DNA of 64,000 bases. Origin: the human T2T-CHM13v2.0 reference genome, Homo sapiens. The stretch is taken from assembly GCF_009914755.1 (NCBI RefSeq), contig NC_060926.1; one strand, 5' to 3'. The stretch's first letter is position 1. Each line of letters starts with the position of its first letter. A program made the position numbers and the translations under genes. The notes under the pieces are model-generated. The model did no database searches and was not told the origin of the DNA. It worked only from the letters and a program-made list of their open reading frames with translations. Positions 30,111-44,089 of the stretch are shown in pieces.

Positions 30111-33100
30111 GATTGCCTTCCAGTCCATTAGAAGATTCCATAACATTCCATTCGATGGTGATTCCTTTCCTTTTCATTCAATGATTCCATTCGATTCCAT
30201 TCGATGATGATTCCCTTCGATTCCATGAGATGATTTCATAACATTCCATTCGATCGTGATTCCATTGGATTCCATTCGATGGTGATTCCATTTGATTCCA
30301 TTCGATGATTCCTTTCGTGTCCATTCGATGACACCATTGGATTCCATTCAATGATTTCATTCGTTTCCACTTGTTGATGATTCCATTCGATTCCATTCGA
30401 TGATGCTTCCATTCGATTCCCTTCATTGATGATTCGATTAGATTCCAATTGATGATGATTCCTTTCGAGTCGATTCAATGAAGATTCCATTCAATTCCAT
30501 TTGATGATGATTCCATTTGACTCCATTCAATGATGATTCCATTCGATTCCATTCGATTCCATTCAAAGATTCAATTCGAGTCCATTCAATGATTCCATTC
30601 GATTCCACTTGATGATGATTCCTTTCAAGTCCATTCAATGATTCCATTCAATTCCATTCCATAATAATTCCTTTCAAGTCCACTCAATGATTCCATTCAG
30701 TTGCATTCGATGATTCCATATGATTTCATTCGATGATGATTCCATTTGAGTCCATTTGATGATTCCATTAGATTCCATTCGAGCACAATTCCTTTCGAGT
30801 CCATTCGATAATTCCATTCAATTCCATTCCATGATGATTCCATTTGATTCCATTCAATGATGATTCCATTCGCGTCCCTTCTACGATTCCTTTCTATTCC
30901 ATTCGTTGATTCCATTCAGTTCCATTCGATGATGATGGCATTCAACTACACTCGATGATTCCACTTTATTCCATCCGATGATTGGAGTCCATTCGGTGAT
31001 TCCTTTAGATTCCACTCAAAGACGATTCCATTCAATTCCATTCCATGATACCATTTGATTCCATTCATTGATGATTCCATTTGATTCCGTTTGATGATTC
31101 CATTTGATTCCATTCGATGATGATTCCATTCCATTCCATTTGATGATTCCATTCCATTCCATTAGATGTTGATTCCATTCGTGTCCACTTGATGATTCCC
31201 TTATTTTCCGTTCGACCATGATTCCATTCGATTCCATTCGATGATTCCATTCGATTCCATTCGATGATGATTCCATTCGTTTCCATTTGATTATTCCATT
31301 CTATTCCATTCAGTGATGATTCCATTAGAGTCAATTCGATGATTCCGTTGGAGTCCATTTGATGAGGATTCCATTCAGTGATTCCATTCAATTCTATTTG
31401 ATAATGATTCCAATCGATTCCATTCTATGTTGATTCCATGGGATTCCATTCTATGATTTCATTCGATTGCATTAGACAATGACTCCATTCGATTCCATTT
31501 GATGATTCCATTCGATTCTATTTGATGATGATTCCATTCGATTCCATTTGATGATGATTGCATTCTATTCAATTCGATGATGATTCCATTCGTGTCCATT
31601 AGATGATTCCATACGATTCCATTCGATGACGATTCCATTTGATTCCATTCGATGATGATTCCATTCGTGTCCATTCGATGATTCCATTCTTCTCCACTCG
31701 ATGATGATTACATTCAAGTCTATTCGCTGATTCTATTAGAGTCCATTGAATGATTGCTTTTGATTCCATTCGATGCTGATTCCATTCCATTCCATTCCAT
31801 TCCATTCCATTCGATGATGATTCCATTCGATACCATTCTATGATTCCTTTAGATTCCATTTCATGCTGATTCCATTCAATTTCATTCAAAGATTCTATTC
31901 GAATCCATTCAATGATGATTCCATTCGATTCCATTTGATGATTCCATTTGATTTCATTTGATGATGATTCCATTTGATTCCATTTGGTGATTCCATTCAA
32001 TGATGGATCCATTCCAGTCCATTCAATGATTCCTTTCTACTCTATATGATGATGATTCCATGCGAGGGCATTCAATGGTGATTCCTTTGGATACCATTCG
32101 ATGATTCCATTCGATTCCATTCAATGATGATTGCATTCGATTCCATTCGATGATTCCATTGGATTCCATTCAAAGATGATTCCATTCGATTCCATTTGAT
32201 AATTCCATGCGATTCCATTTGATCGTTCCAATGGATTCCATTTGATGATGATTCCATTTGTGTCCATTCGGTGATTCCATTCAATTGCATCAGATGATCA
32301 TTCCATTCGAGTGAATTCGATGTTTCCAATCAATTCCATTCAATGATGCTTCCATTCGAGGCTGTCTGATGACTCTATTCATTTCCATTCTACAATGATT
32401 CCCTTTGAGTCCTTTTGAAGATTTGATTCGAGTCCTTTTGATGATCCCGTTCGATTCCATTCGATGATGATTCCGTTCGAGTCCATTTGACGCGTCCCTT
32501 GGAGTACATTTGATGATTCCATTCGAGTCTAGCTGATGATTCCATTCAATTCCATTCTGTGATGTTTCCGTATGATTCCATTCGATGATGATAACATGTG
32601 ATTCCTTTCGATGATGATTCATTTTAATTGCGTTTGATTATGATTCATTTCCAGTTCATTCGATGATTCCACATGATTCCATTCGATGATGATTCCATTC
32701 GAGTGTATTTGATGATTCCTTACGATTCCATTAGAAGATGATTCCATTTGATTCCGTTCATTGGTGATCCCATTCAATTCCATTCAATGATTCCATTCCA
32801 TTCCATTCAACAATGATTCCTTTTGATTCCATTTGATGATTCCTTCCACTTGATTCCATTTGTTGATGATTCCATTCGATTCCATTCGATGATGATTGCC
32901 TTCAATTCCATTCGATGATTCCATTCGATTCCATTCGATGACGATTCGGTTTGATTCCATGGGATGATTCCATTCGAGTCCATTCGATGATTCCATTCGA
33001 TTCCATTTGATGATGATTCCATTTGAGTCCATTCGATGATTCCATTCGAGTCCATTCAATGATTCCATTCATTCGTGTCCTTTAGATGATTCCATTCGAG

Positions 33101-35390
33101 TCCATTCAATCATTGCATTCAATTCCTTTCGATGATTCCATTCGATTCTATTTGATGTTTCCATTCGAGTCCATTTGTTCATTCATTCGTGTCCATTCGA
33201 TGACTCCATTCGATTCCATTTGATGATGATCCCATTTGATGATGATTCCATTCGAGTCCATTTGATGACTCCATTTGATTCCATTCGATGATGATTCCAT
33301 TCGTGTCCATTCAATGTTTTTGTTCTATTCCATTCAATGAGTATTCCCTTCAAATCCATTTGATGATTGTATTCAAGTCCATTCAGTGATTGCTTTCGAT
33401 TCCATTCGATATTGATTCCCTTTGATTCCATTCGATGAGGATTCCATTCGATGTCATTCTAGGATTCCATTCGATTCCACTTGATGTTGATTGCATTTGA
33501 TTCCATTTGATTATTCTATTCGAATATTTTTGATGACGATTCCATTCGATTCAATTCAGTGATTCCTGTTCATTACAGTTGATGATGATTCCTTTCGATT
33601 CCTTTCGATGATTCCATTTGATTCCAATCGATGATGTTTCCATTCGAGTCCATTCGATGATTCCATTCGATTCCATTCAATGATGATTCCATTCGAGTCC
33701 ATTCAATGGTGATTCCATTGGATTCCATTCGATGATTCCATTCGATTCCGTTCGATGATTGCATTCGATTCCATTTGATGATTCCCTTCGTTTCCATTCA
33801 AAGTTTATTCCATTCGAGTCCGTTTGATAATTCCATTCGATTCCATTCTCCGATGATTCCATTCGAGACCGTTCGATGATTCCATTCAATTCCCGTTGAT
33901 GATGATTCCATTCGAGTCCATTCAATGATTTCATTGGATTCCATTTGATGATGACTCCTTCCGGTTCCATTCCATGATGATTCCATTCGGTTCCATTAGA
34001 TAGTGATTCCATTCAAGTCCATTCGATGATTCCATTCGATTCCATTCGATGATGATTCCGTTCCGGTCCATTCGATGATTCCTTTCGATTCCACTTGATG
34101 TTGATTCCATTTGAGTCCATTTGATTGTTCCCTTTGAATGCATTCCATGATTCCTTTCGATTCCATTTGATATTGCTTCCATTCGAGTCCATTCGATGAT
34201 TCCATTTGATTTCATTCAATGATGATTCGATTCAATTCCGTTCGATGATTCCATTTGATTCCATTCGATGACAACTCCATTCGAGTCCATTCGATGATTC
34301 CTTTCGAGTCCATTTGATGATTCTATTTGGTTCCATTCGATGATGATTCCTTTCAATTCCATTCGTTGGTGATTCCATTCGATTCCATTCGATGATGATT
34401 CCATTCAATTGCATTCGATGATGATTCCATTCGATTCCATTCGATGAAGATTCCATGCGGTTTCATTCGATGATTCTATTCAATTCCTTTCTATGATTAT
34501 TCAATTCTTTTCCATTTGATGATTCCATGTGATTCCATTTGATGATGATTCCATTCGTTTGCATTCGATGATGATTCCATTCAGGTCCATTCAAAGATTC
34601 CATTGGATTCCATTCTATGATGATTGCATTCGAGTTCATTTGATGATTCCATTCGACTCCATTCGATGATGATTTCATTCGTTGATCTTCAATGATTCCA
34701 TTCGATTCTATTTGCTGATGATTCCATTCGACTCCATTCAATGATTCCATTCGATTCCATTCAATGAGGATTCCATTCGAGTCCATTTGATGATTCTGTT
34801 CAATTCCATTCGATGATGATTCCTCTCAAATCCATTTGATGATTCCATTCGAGTACATTCGATTATTCCATTTGATTTTATTCGATGATGATTCCATTCG
34901 ATGCCATTCGATGATTCCGTTCGATTCCATTCAATGGTGATTCCATTCGATGCCATTCGATGATTCCATTCAATCCTATTTGATGATGATTCCATCCGTG
35001 TCCATTCGATGATTCCGTTCGTTTCCATTCGATGATGATTCCATTTGAATCCATTCGATGATTCCTATCGATTCCATTCGATGACTCCGTTCAATCCCAT
35101 TCGATGTTTCCCTTCGATTGTCTTTGATGATCATTCCATTCGATTCAATTTGGTGATTCCATTCGATGATGATTCCGTTCGATTCCATTCGATGAGGATT
35201 CCATTCGATTCCATTTGATGATGATTCCAATCGATTCCATTTGACGATGATTCCATTCGAGTCCATTTGATGATTCCATTCGATTCCATTTGATGATGAT
35301 TCCACTCAAGCCCATTCGATTATTCCATTCGAGTCTATTCAATGATTCCAGTAGATTCCACTCGATGATGATTCCATTGGATTCCATTCA
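30111..35390 (+). repeat. HSat2 higher-order unit 6 (5'-deleted, 3'-truncated)
   Basis: ACGCGT at 32490. Last recognisable unit landmark CTCAAGCCC at 35305, after which unit register is lost. Confidence 0.7.
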
Positions 35391-36070
35391 ATGATGATTC
35401 TATTCATGTCCATTCGATGATTCCATTGTATTCCATTTAATGATGATTCCATTCGAGTCTATTCCATGATTCCATTCAATTCCATTCACTGATGAATCCA
35501 TCCGAATCCATTCGATGATTCCATTCGTTTCCCTTCGATGATTCCATTTGATCCCATTCGATGATTCCCTTCAATTCCTTTCGGTGATCTTTCCATTCGA
35601 TTCAATTCATTGATTCAATTTGATTCCATACGATGATGATTCCATTCGATTCCATTTGATGATGATTCCATTTGATTCCATTTGATCATGAGTCCATTCG
35701 ATTCCATTTGCTGATTACTGTGTTCGGTTCCATTTAATGATGATTCCTTTCAGTTCCATTTGATGATGGTTCCTTTAGATTCCATTCGATGATTCCATTC
35801 GATTACTTTTGTTGATGATTCCATTCGATTCCCTTCAATGATGATTTCATTCGATTCCATTTGATGATGATTCCATTCGATTCCATTCAGTGATTATTCC
35901 ATCTGATTCCATTCGATGATTATTCCATCCGATTCCATTCGATGATTATTCCATTCAAGTCCTTTGGATGATGATGCCTTTTGATTCCATTCAATGATGA
36001 CTCCATTCGTTTCCATTCGATGGTGTTTCCACTTGATTCCATTCGATGATATTTCCATTCTATTCCATTC

Positions 36071-36375
36071 GATGATGATTCCATTCCATTCCATTCCACT
36101 ACATTCCATTACATCTGATTCCATTCCACTCCATTCCACTCCTCTCCTCTCCACTCCACTCCCTTGCTTTCCATTCCATTCCTTTCTTTCGAGAGTGGCT
36201 CATTGTTTCACCCATTGTGTAACACAATGGCACAATCTCATCTCCCATTCCATTCAATTCCTCTCCATTCAATTCCATTTGATTCCATTCCATTCCATTC
36301 CATTCCATTCCATTCCATTCTATTCCATTCCATTCCATTCCATTCCATTCTATTCCATTCCTTTCCTTTCCATTC
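36071..36375 (+). repeat. (CATTC)n HSat3-like simple satellite cap
   Basis: Near-pure CATTC/CACTC/TATTC pentamers without GAT/CG interruptions. Sharp end at 36375 (…CCATTC|GAAGAAGAAAAGG). Confidence 0.85.
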
Positions 36376-36419
36376 GAAGAAGAAAAGGTGTTGCAAAGTC
36401 ATACTCACTTTTCTGCACT

Positions 36420-37500
36420 TGTCATACAATTAAGATTTCTTTGAGTACTTCAGCCCTAATAATTTTCGTTTTATCATACATATTGCAGTGCTTATCTAAT
36501 TTTAAATATATTTTTGTTTCAACATCCAGTTTCTTATTTGTTCTATCTGTTTGTTTACAATAAATTTTACTCTGTGTTCATTCTTTGATTTCAGAACTTC
36601 AACCTTTCTGAAGCATATTTTCAGAGTTTCTCTTTAGTTTCTTTAGTGGAATTCTGCTGGTGGCGTTTTGTTTTTTTCTCTAAATATGTTATTTAGCCAC
36701 AGGTTGATGAATATTTTTCTTCGTTTAGAAATTCAGAATGGCATTATTATTCTGAACAAATAATATTGTTTATTTTACCTTTCATTTTTTCAGATTTCGG
36801 TATGATTAAAAGTAATTTCATTTTTCTAGTGGTAATTGAAATATTTTTCCCTTCATGGGTGTTTACTATTTCTCTAGGAGATACATAGGTGTAGGTGTAT
36901 CTCCATTGTAGCTTGCTTAGCATGCATGGAGTTTTTGAATATGCAGATCAGTGTCTTACAAAAGTCTAGGGAACTTTCAGACAAAATACCAACACATATT
37001 GTCCCTTCCCAGTTCCCTTGTTCTATGAGAACGCTCTCTAAACACATGCTACACTTTCTCACTGTATCTTCCATGTCTCTTCATCATTCTGTCCACATTT
37101 TACATTTTTCAAAATTTTCTGTAATGCATTCTGAAATATTTATGAACTCTCACCTTGGCCATGTCTAATCTGATGAATTCATTTTTGAGTTTTTAATTTA
37201 AAATAACTACATTTTTATACAAACTTCTTTTCAAATTTGCTACATGAATTTTTTAGTCTCCTAACAATATATTCATTTTTTAAAAAATTTTTTGTAAGCA
37301 AATGTGCTTTGTAATCTAACAGTGATATTTCTACTAATGAACCTTTGTGGATCTGTTTGTAGTCTTTTTCTGCTTTCCTTTCAAATGGTGGAATATCATT
37401 TCCTTGCATGCTTAGATGTCTTTGAATGACAAATATTTATTTTTCTCTGAAAATTATTTTTGTGCACTTTTGCAGATTAATAAGTAGAAAATTTGCCAAA
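36420..37500 (-). mobile_element. Probable ancient L1 (L1M-type) fragment
   Basis: T-rich sequence with degenerate motifs resembling the reverse complement of old L1 (CTGCTGGTGG…, …GGGAACTTTCAGACAAAATAC…). Boundaries are uncertain. Confidence 0.4.
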
Positions 37501-40500
37501 GAGAAGTTGAATTTTTTTGTGATTCTACTAAAGGCACCACCATTCTGGGACCACATTATGTTAATTCTTGGCCTAAAGGTGTTCGGACATATGTTTGGAC
37601 TGCACATTTAAACAATTTTTAAATTAGTTGCTGTTAATCATTAATGATTGAGTTTCTTTAAATCCGTCCAATCTCAAATCATTTTTATTTGCCATTTCCA
37701 GGGAATGTGAAATGGGACTAATTTACCTCTGATCTTCCTTATACTGAGGATAGAAATGTTGGTCTTAGCTGTAGGGAGGAGCTCCTGTGTGATGCCCTAT
37801 CTTGGGAAAATCTATGTATTTTTTTACTGTCCTATGTAATGTATGACAATAGGAATCTGCACTCATTCATTTTGCTACATGTCCGTAGGGAAAAATCAGT
37901 TTCCGTGTTTAGTTATATTTTGTCTGCTCCCTGCATTCCCATGGTTTTGACCTTATATTTTACTTTTATGTGTGAACATACCAGTGCTTCAAATTTTTTC
38001 CAGTAATATATTCAACTATATTATGAGAAAGAGAAAAATTTTGATAAAACACAAATTTCATGTTTTCCCTCTGTAATTGGCTTTTACTTCAAAATACAGG
38101 TAAAATTTATTTGTGCTTTTTTTGCTATTTCTGTTTTGCTATTCTCTGTCTATGTCTTCTCCACATAGACACAATTAGGGAATTTTGTACCCTCTTGTGC
38201 CAACTGCTTTGATAGTAACAAAATGTATTTCTGGAACTCCTAGGTATAAAACTCAAGTATCCACAATTTAAATTCTTTTTTGCTCATTTCTATTATGTTT
38301 CCAGTCTCAATAGAAATCGATGACAATCCAGAAATACAAGCATTATTCTAATACTTCTCACACATTACAGGTATAGATTAAATTTTCTAGATCTCCTTAA
38401 ATACTATCATTTTTCACTACTTGTATCTTAACTGTTAAGTTCAACATTTTCTATAATATTAATATGTTGTGAAAATTTCCTTACTTTCTTGTTTGTCCCA
38501 AGTTCAAGGTTTTGCAGTCTCTACCTCACCCTGTGAAGCATAAACATTGTACTATGCTGTACAAATATTACATAGTTCATGTGCTTAGAGATTGCACAAT
38601 TTTTGTTTGGTTGACAATAGCTAATGTTTTCTTCTTCATTTTCTATTTCCTGATTTTTCTTTATTTAGTATATGCTACATTATTATAAACATAAGAACGT
38701 TTTACAAACTAAAGCAAAAGAAACCCTAGGAAAAAAATGCACAAATAAAATATATAAACATACAATTAGATGTACCATGTACCCTTCTAATTTATTTAGA
38801 CATTTAATTGTAGTACAATTTTAATTAAAGTCTGTGTATTATCTGCCATCGTCTTAGTATTTTTTATATAACAAATTGTGTAAATCAAAAAGCCTCAATG
38901 TCATTATAAACTATCTTGGCAGAGGTTGATGTCCAAGGAATAATTTCTCTCCCAAATTATGTCAATCAGAATTTCACTCTACCATAATTCTTTTAATCAG
39001 TTTCAGAGGAATCATCAATTTCAAAATTGTTCAAGGTTGTTGTTGTAGTTCAAGTACATTTTGACAGGTGTAAAACTGTAGACAGACTGATACAAACATA
39101 TTCTATTTGACACAAAAGTATATGGGTCCTTTTTTAAATTCTAGACTTTAAAATGTCGTGTCAACGTACACATGTTCTCCTTGTGAAATAATTGCTTTTT
39201 ATTCTCTGGATAGAATAATTTAATCTTTAAACCTTCAATTCACTGTTAAAAACAAAATATTACCTAAGGATATGCATATAAAAATAATTCACAGCTAGCT
39301 TTTCAATTCAGAAATATATGTGAGAAATCATCAAGCATCTAATGGATTTCAAGGAGAAATGGGTTAGTAATTTATTCCATATGTCTCAATTTTTCCTAGA
39401 TTCAAGGCTTCCTTTAAAATAATTGTAGGCGTTTAAGAAACCATGTAAACTAAAAAGAAGAAATTGTGACACTGCCACTTAGGTTTTTTAAATCTTTTGA
39501 CATGAATCAATATACTTTTTAATTTTATCTTAATTAGACATTGTGAGTTCACCATCTTCCTGTCAGTACAGCATCCAAGCTGATTATCATAGATTACAAG
39601 TTACACTATCAACTGTATTCTGAGACTCTTAAAAAAAAATGAGTGTTTTTGTTTGGGTATTCTTAAAGCAGGAGTGAGGACACAGCGAAAGTGAGACAAG
39701 GAAGAGAGAACAAAATAAAACAGGAAAGATAGAAAAGCCAGTACCACACGTGTTAAGAGGCAAGTTCCTGTGTTAGATATCGGGGCTTAATTCTATGGGA
39801 AGCTATGTGGAACATGCCTCAGAATTACATCACTGAATCCAGGGAGATTCTTCTTAGTTATCCTCACCTTTTCTTCCCACTTGCCCAGTATCAAGCTCCC
39901 ATGCTGCTAGAGAAAGTCCTCAGCTAGAAACAGCTGCAAATTCTGGAGATGAGACCTTGTAGAGTGTTAAGAGTGGTTTTCTTCCCAGCAGCTACAGGTA
40001 AGGAATAGGGGCTGGGCTATTAATACATCTGCTACAAATCAATATACCCCTTATGCTCCTTTTGGTGATCAACAATGTATTTGAAAATATTAGATGATCA
40101 AGAAGGGCTGCAGAAAGCAGGAAACAGAAACAAACAGCACACCTCTTGGTTTATTTTTATTCATTTCATCAGTTTCAAGGAAAATGTGTTGGGAGTTCCT
40201 GGCATAGAGAATGTCACAAAGATATGTTTTCAATAGTGGTGCTATCCCTAGGGCAGAGAAGATCCAGAGAAAGCACAAGTGGCTGCGGGAACAAAGTCAG
40301 ACACCGTGCCACCTGTCCACACTCCTTGGTTCTGCCATCATGCTGAAGATTGGTTTAAAGGGCTGGCTTCCCTTCCCACAAAATTAAAAGAGCACAGACT
40401 GAGAAACTGAATGCGGGAGACAGCAGTGGATTATGCTGTTCTCAGGGGTCACCTCAGCTTTGGAAGCATTCTTTCAAATTAACCCATCTCAGGCCATCTG

Positions 40501-42796
40501 CAGAGAAGAAAGGTGATACCTAACTTTTTTTCTTGTCAGCCCTTGGTAGGGGTGTTTTGTTGACCAAATATGTTCCCACAACCTAGTTTCTTGTAACTAA
40601 CTAAATATAGTAGATTTTTAAATGTTATCATGAAAATCTACAGACAATTTTTTATTAAAATAGGCTCCACATCTATGTCCTCCTTTTCTTCTTATTAATT
40701 ACATTGCTGTATAAAAGAACAAGACTTCAGAATCAAGAATATCTTGTCTCTTGGCATTGAATTTTTACAAGGTGCTCTTTCTTTAATGCTGTCTCAAAGC
40801 ACATATTTGTACTCATTAAAAAGGAAGATCAGAATCTAGTTGTATGCACTGCTCCAACATATTAATAATTAAAATTAGGAGGTAAATGTGGTCAAAGCTA
40901 TAGAAAGACTTGAGATGTCATTTATATTGATTACTGTATAGCACTCTACAAACAGAAATTGTTAAATAATAGTTTATATAAATATTTTGTAGCATTTCAA
41001 ATATTTGAGTGCCTGAAATTTCTCCTCCAATATAGTCCAGATTATCAATTTGAAGACTTACTCCGCTGGTTAAAAAGTTTTTAGTCGCGTTTGAGTATTA
41101 TATAAAAGCAATTTTCAGTTAAATGTGTTCCACTTACATAAAACATTACAAATTAGTGAGTATTTAATTACATTTTCGTGTTCCTGTAATGCCTTTAGAA
41201 GATTTTCATATTATTACCTATCAATATATGTATGCTTTTTCTAAGAAAAATCAATCATATACATCATTGAAATTGAAACTTTTTTAAAGTACTTATTAAT
41301 TCTATTGAAAAACCACATCCATAGGAGCAATTACAATATAATATTGTGAACATGTAAATATATATCCTGTCTATTTTATATATAAGCATATGTGATTAAA
41401 ACTATAGTTCAGAATTTTTAAACCTAGTATTATAAAGTAAAAATTAGTTAAACTTCTGATGATTATTTGTTAATTAAGATAAAATTATTTTGATTTGGGT
41501 GATTTTAAATGAACAAAAATATTAAATTACATGACAAAAATTCTTTATAAAATGTTTACGATTTTTACATTGGTTTTATCACTTTATTCCACTATTTTAT
41601 TTTAAGATGACCTGCCTTGTTTAAAACACTGTATTCATCTTAATTAAATTAAATTCCATTTGTAAAAAAATTAACAAATGATTTGCTCTATTATACAGTG
41701 AGGTTATAAACTGAGTCAGTATCTCAAGATTTGATCCCCATTATCGTCATCCGTGGCCCTATTTGTTTGATAAATGTAGTGTCTTTTTCCATGCCTGTCA
41801 CATCTCTATTGCTCATTTATTTTTCTCCTTGTCCCTTATAGGGAGCATTGCCTATCTCTAGATTAAGCAAAAGTTGCATCTTAAAAAAGCACAATAACCT
41901 GCTCAATCTTTCTCACACAGAGAAATGTTTGTTAAGTAATTAAATTGTAGATGATGATACAAAGAGCTTGATTAAATAAGATGCCAAAGTACCCTTGTGA
42001 TTCAGAATAGGAATGATATTTAATGCCTTTGAAATCAATAATTGCTGAGTGACATTAATTAATGCCAATATTTCAGAAGTTGTTCTGGTTTGTGAAATGT
42101 GTACAACATGTAAAAGTTTCCGAACTCTGAAGGGCAACATTATTCTATCATTAAGAATTAAGAATTAATTCACATTAATTATTGGGGAGAAATAATTTTA
42201 AGAATTAATGACTGAGAAAACCTTTTTTTTTTATTTAGGAAATTATTTTGTGCATGAGCATTACTGCAAGTTTTGCAAGAAACTTAAAATTATAGAAACA
42301 ATTATGTGCACAAGATGAATTTAATAACATCTTGATATTTTCCACTAATACAGTTGTATTTGGTAAATCTTTAAATGCCCATCATCTAAAGATAATAAAT
42401 GAATCTTGGAAATCTTGAAGGTAAAGGTAAATATAAGGATGCATCCAATTACATTTACACACACATAAAATTACATTTACACAAACATACATGCACACAC
42501 GCTCACTGATACAGGTAAGCATATATATACATGAATTTACCAATTGATTTTAGCTAATATTTATAAGAGCCTGTAGGATTGATATATATTGTTGAACCTG
42601 AAAAATATTTATTATATACATGGTTAAAATACACAAAGAAATAAATAGTAATTGCACTAGGCATTTGAAACTGTACTTAAATATAAGCTGTGAACATTTT
42701 GTGATCATTACAAATTCTTACACTGAAGATTTTTATTTTTATAATAATATGTTTGATACATGTGTACATTTTTTAAAATGTATTATTTTTGTCATA

Positions 42797-43138
42797 GAGT
42801 CATGTCATGTATAATAACATTTCAGTCAAAGATGGATTACATATACAAAAGTGGTCCCATGAGATTATAATACATATTTTTACATTCTTTTCTATGTTTA
42901 AGTATGTTTAGATACATAAACTCTTACCACTGTGTTCTTATTGCCTGCAGTATTCAGTATAGTAATGTAGTACACAGGTTTGTAGCCTAGGGGAGAGAGG
43001 CTATACCATATAACCTAAACGTGGTAGGCTGTACAAACTAGGTGTTTGTAATATTCTCTCTGACGTTGGCAAAATGATGAAATTGCCTATGGATGCATCT
43101 GTTAGAACGTATCCCTGTCATTCAGTGATGCGTGACTG
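42797..43138 (-). mobile_element. Tigger3a (MER7A) non-autonomous DNA transposon
   Basis: Degenerate TIRs (TA|GAGTCATG… and …GCGTGACTG|TG). Internal CAGGTTTGTAGCCTAGG…GGCTATACCATATA and AGAACGTATCCC motifs. Length ~342 bp. Confidence 0.85.
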
Positions 43139-43699
43139 TGCTAAAATGCTAAATCTAAGTTTCAATGACCTCCATAAAATCGTTGTACTTTGAAATACAA
43201 ATCTCTCACCTATGGCCTGAATATCTTTGCAAAGTAAGCAGATCATGGGAAGGAGAATGTGCTGGCATCGCTGGGATGATTTTCTCACACTTCATGAATA
43301 ATATCTCCAGACTTTGAGAATATGAGCCACTTGCATAGAGTTAAAGTAAACATCTCTTTGCTGGGAAATTTATCAAATGGGAGTATGAAGTCTTTTTAAA
43401 AGATACTTGTTTGTTTGTAGATGGTAGGCCTACAGTGGCTCATGGCAATGGTTGAGGTTGCTAAGATCTGGTGGAAGGAGGCAAAATGAAATGGCCACTT
43501 ATATGGTATATGGATCACTTGTTTCTGTTGAGTTACAGATTCAGCTGGCTATTTCTCCCAATGTTAGTTATTTGGAGAAAAAACCATGATGGTAATTTTG
43601 GGGTAACAAATACAATATTTGATGAAAACAAATTTATTGAGGGTTAGACAAACTACAAGATAATTTAGGCTGCAAAGTCAACACGAGACTTCTGCCCCA

Positions 43700-44042
43700 A
43701 ATTGTGCAGAGTTTGGGTCCAGCTGCAAAGTTCAAAGGAAGAGGCCATATAAGATGATTTGCACTTTTGTCACCAATTGCCAGTTCAGGGGTTTCCCAAG
43801 AACACCCTCAGTTTCAAGAATTTACTAAAAAGACTCACAAAAGTCATTGAATGCCATTGTACTCATGGTTTATAATAGAGAAAGGGTAGAAATTAGGACC
43901 AATCAAAGGAAGAGACATATCACATAAGGTGGAATCTAGGAGGATTTTGAATGTTAAATTTCCATTGTCTTCAGGACATATTACCTGTCATTGTTGTACA
44001 GCAATAAACATGGAGTACTACCAACCTGGGGAGCTCACCTGA
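43700..44042. mobile_element. MER21-type LTR fragment
   Basis: Motifs CACCCTCAG…AGACTCACA…TACTCATGGTTTAT…AGAAAGG and CCAACCTGGGGAGCTCACCTGA resemble MER21C. Confidence 0.6.
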
Positions 44043-44089
44043 TGCTAAAAAGACACTATTTCGAAAATGAAAAGACAAAGGAAAGGATG

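Larger units (their letters stand above)
1..36070 (+). repeat. Human Satellite II (HSat2/HSATII) array, CATTC strand on +
   Basis: Continuous ATTCC-ATTCG-ATG(ATG) pattern in 23/26-bp subunits, with abundant TCGA and GAGTCC variants. All 'MESSNGIEWNH' ORFs are translations of this satellite. Confidence 0.97.

Noticed and set aside
1-36070. CRISPR-like repeat/spacer reading of the array
   Set aside because: There are no unique spacers, no constant repeat and no cas genes, and the context is primate satellite.
8-36563. More than 150 short 'MESSNGIEWNH' and 'FHSIP' ORFs
   Set aside because: They are translations of the GAATG/CATTC satellite, occur in all frames and are not genes.
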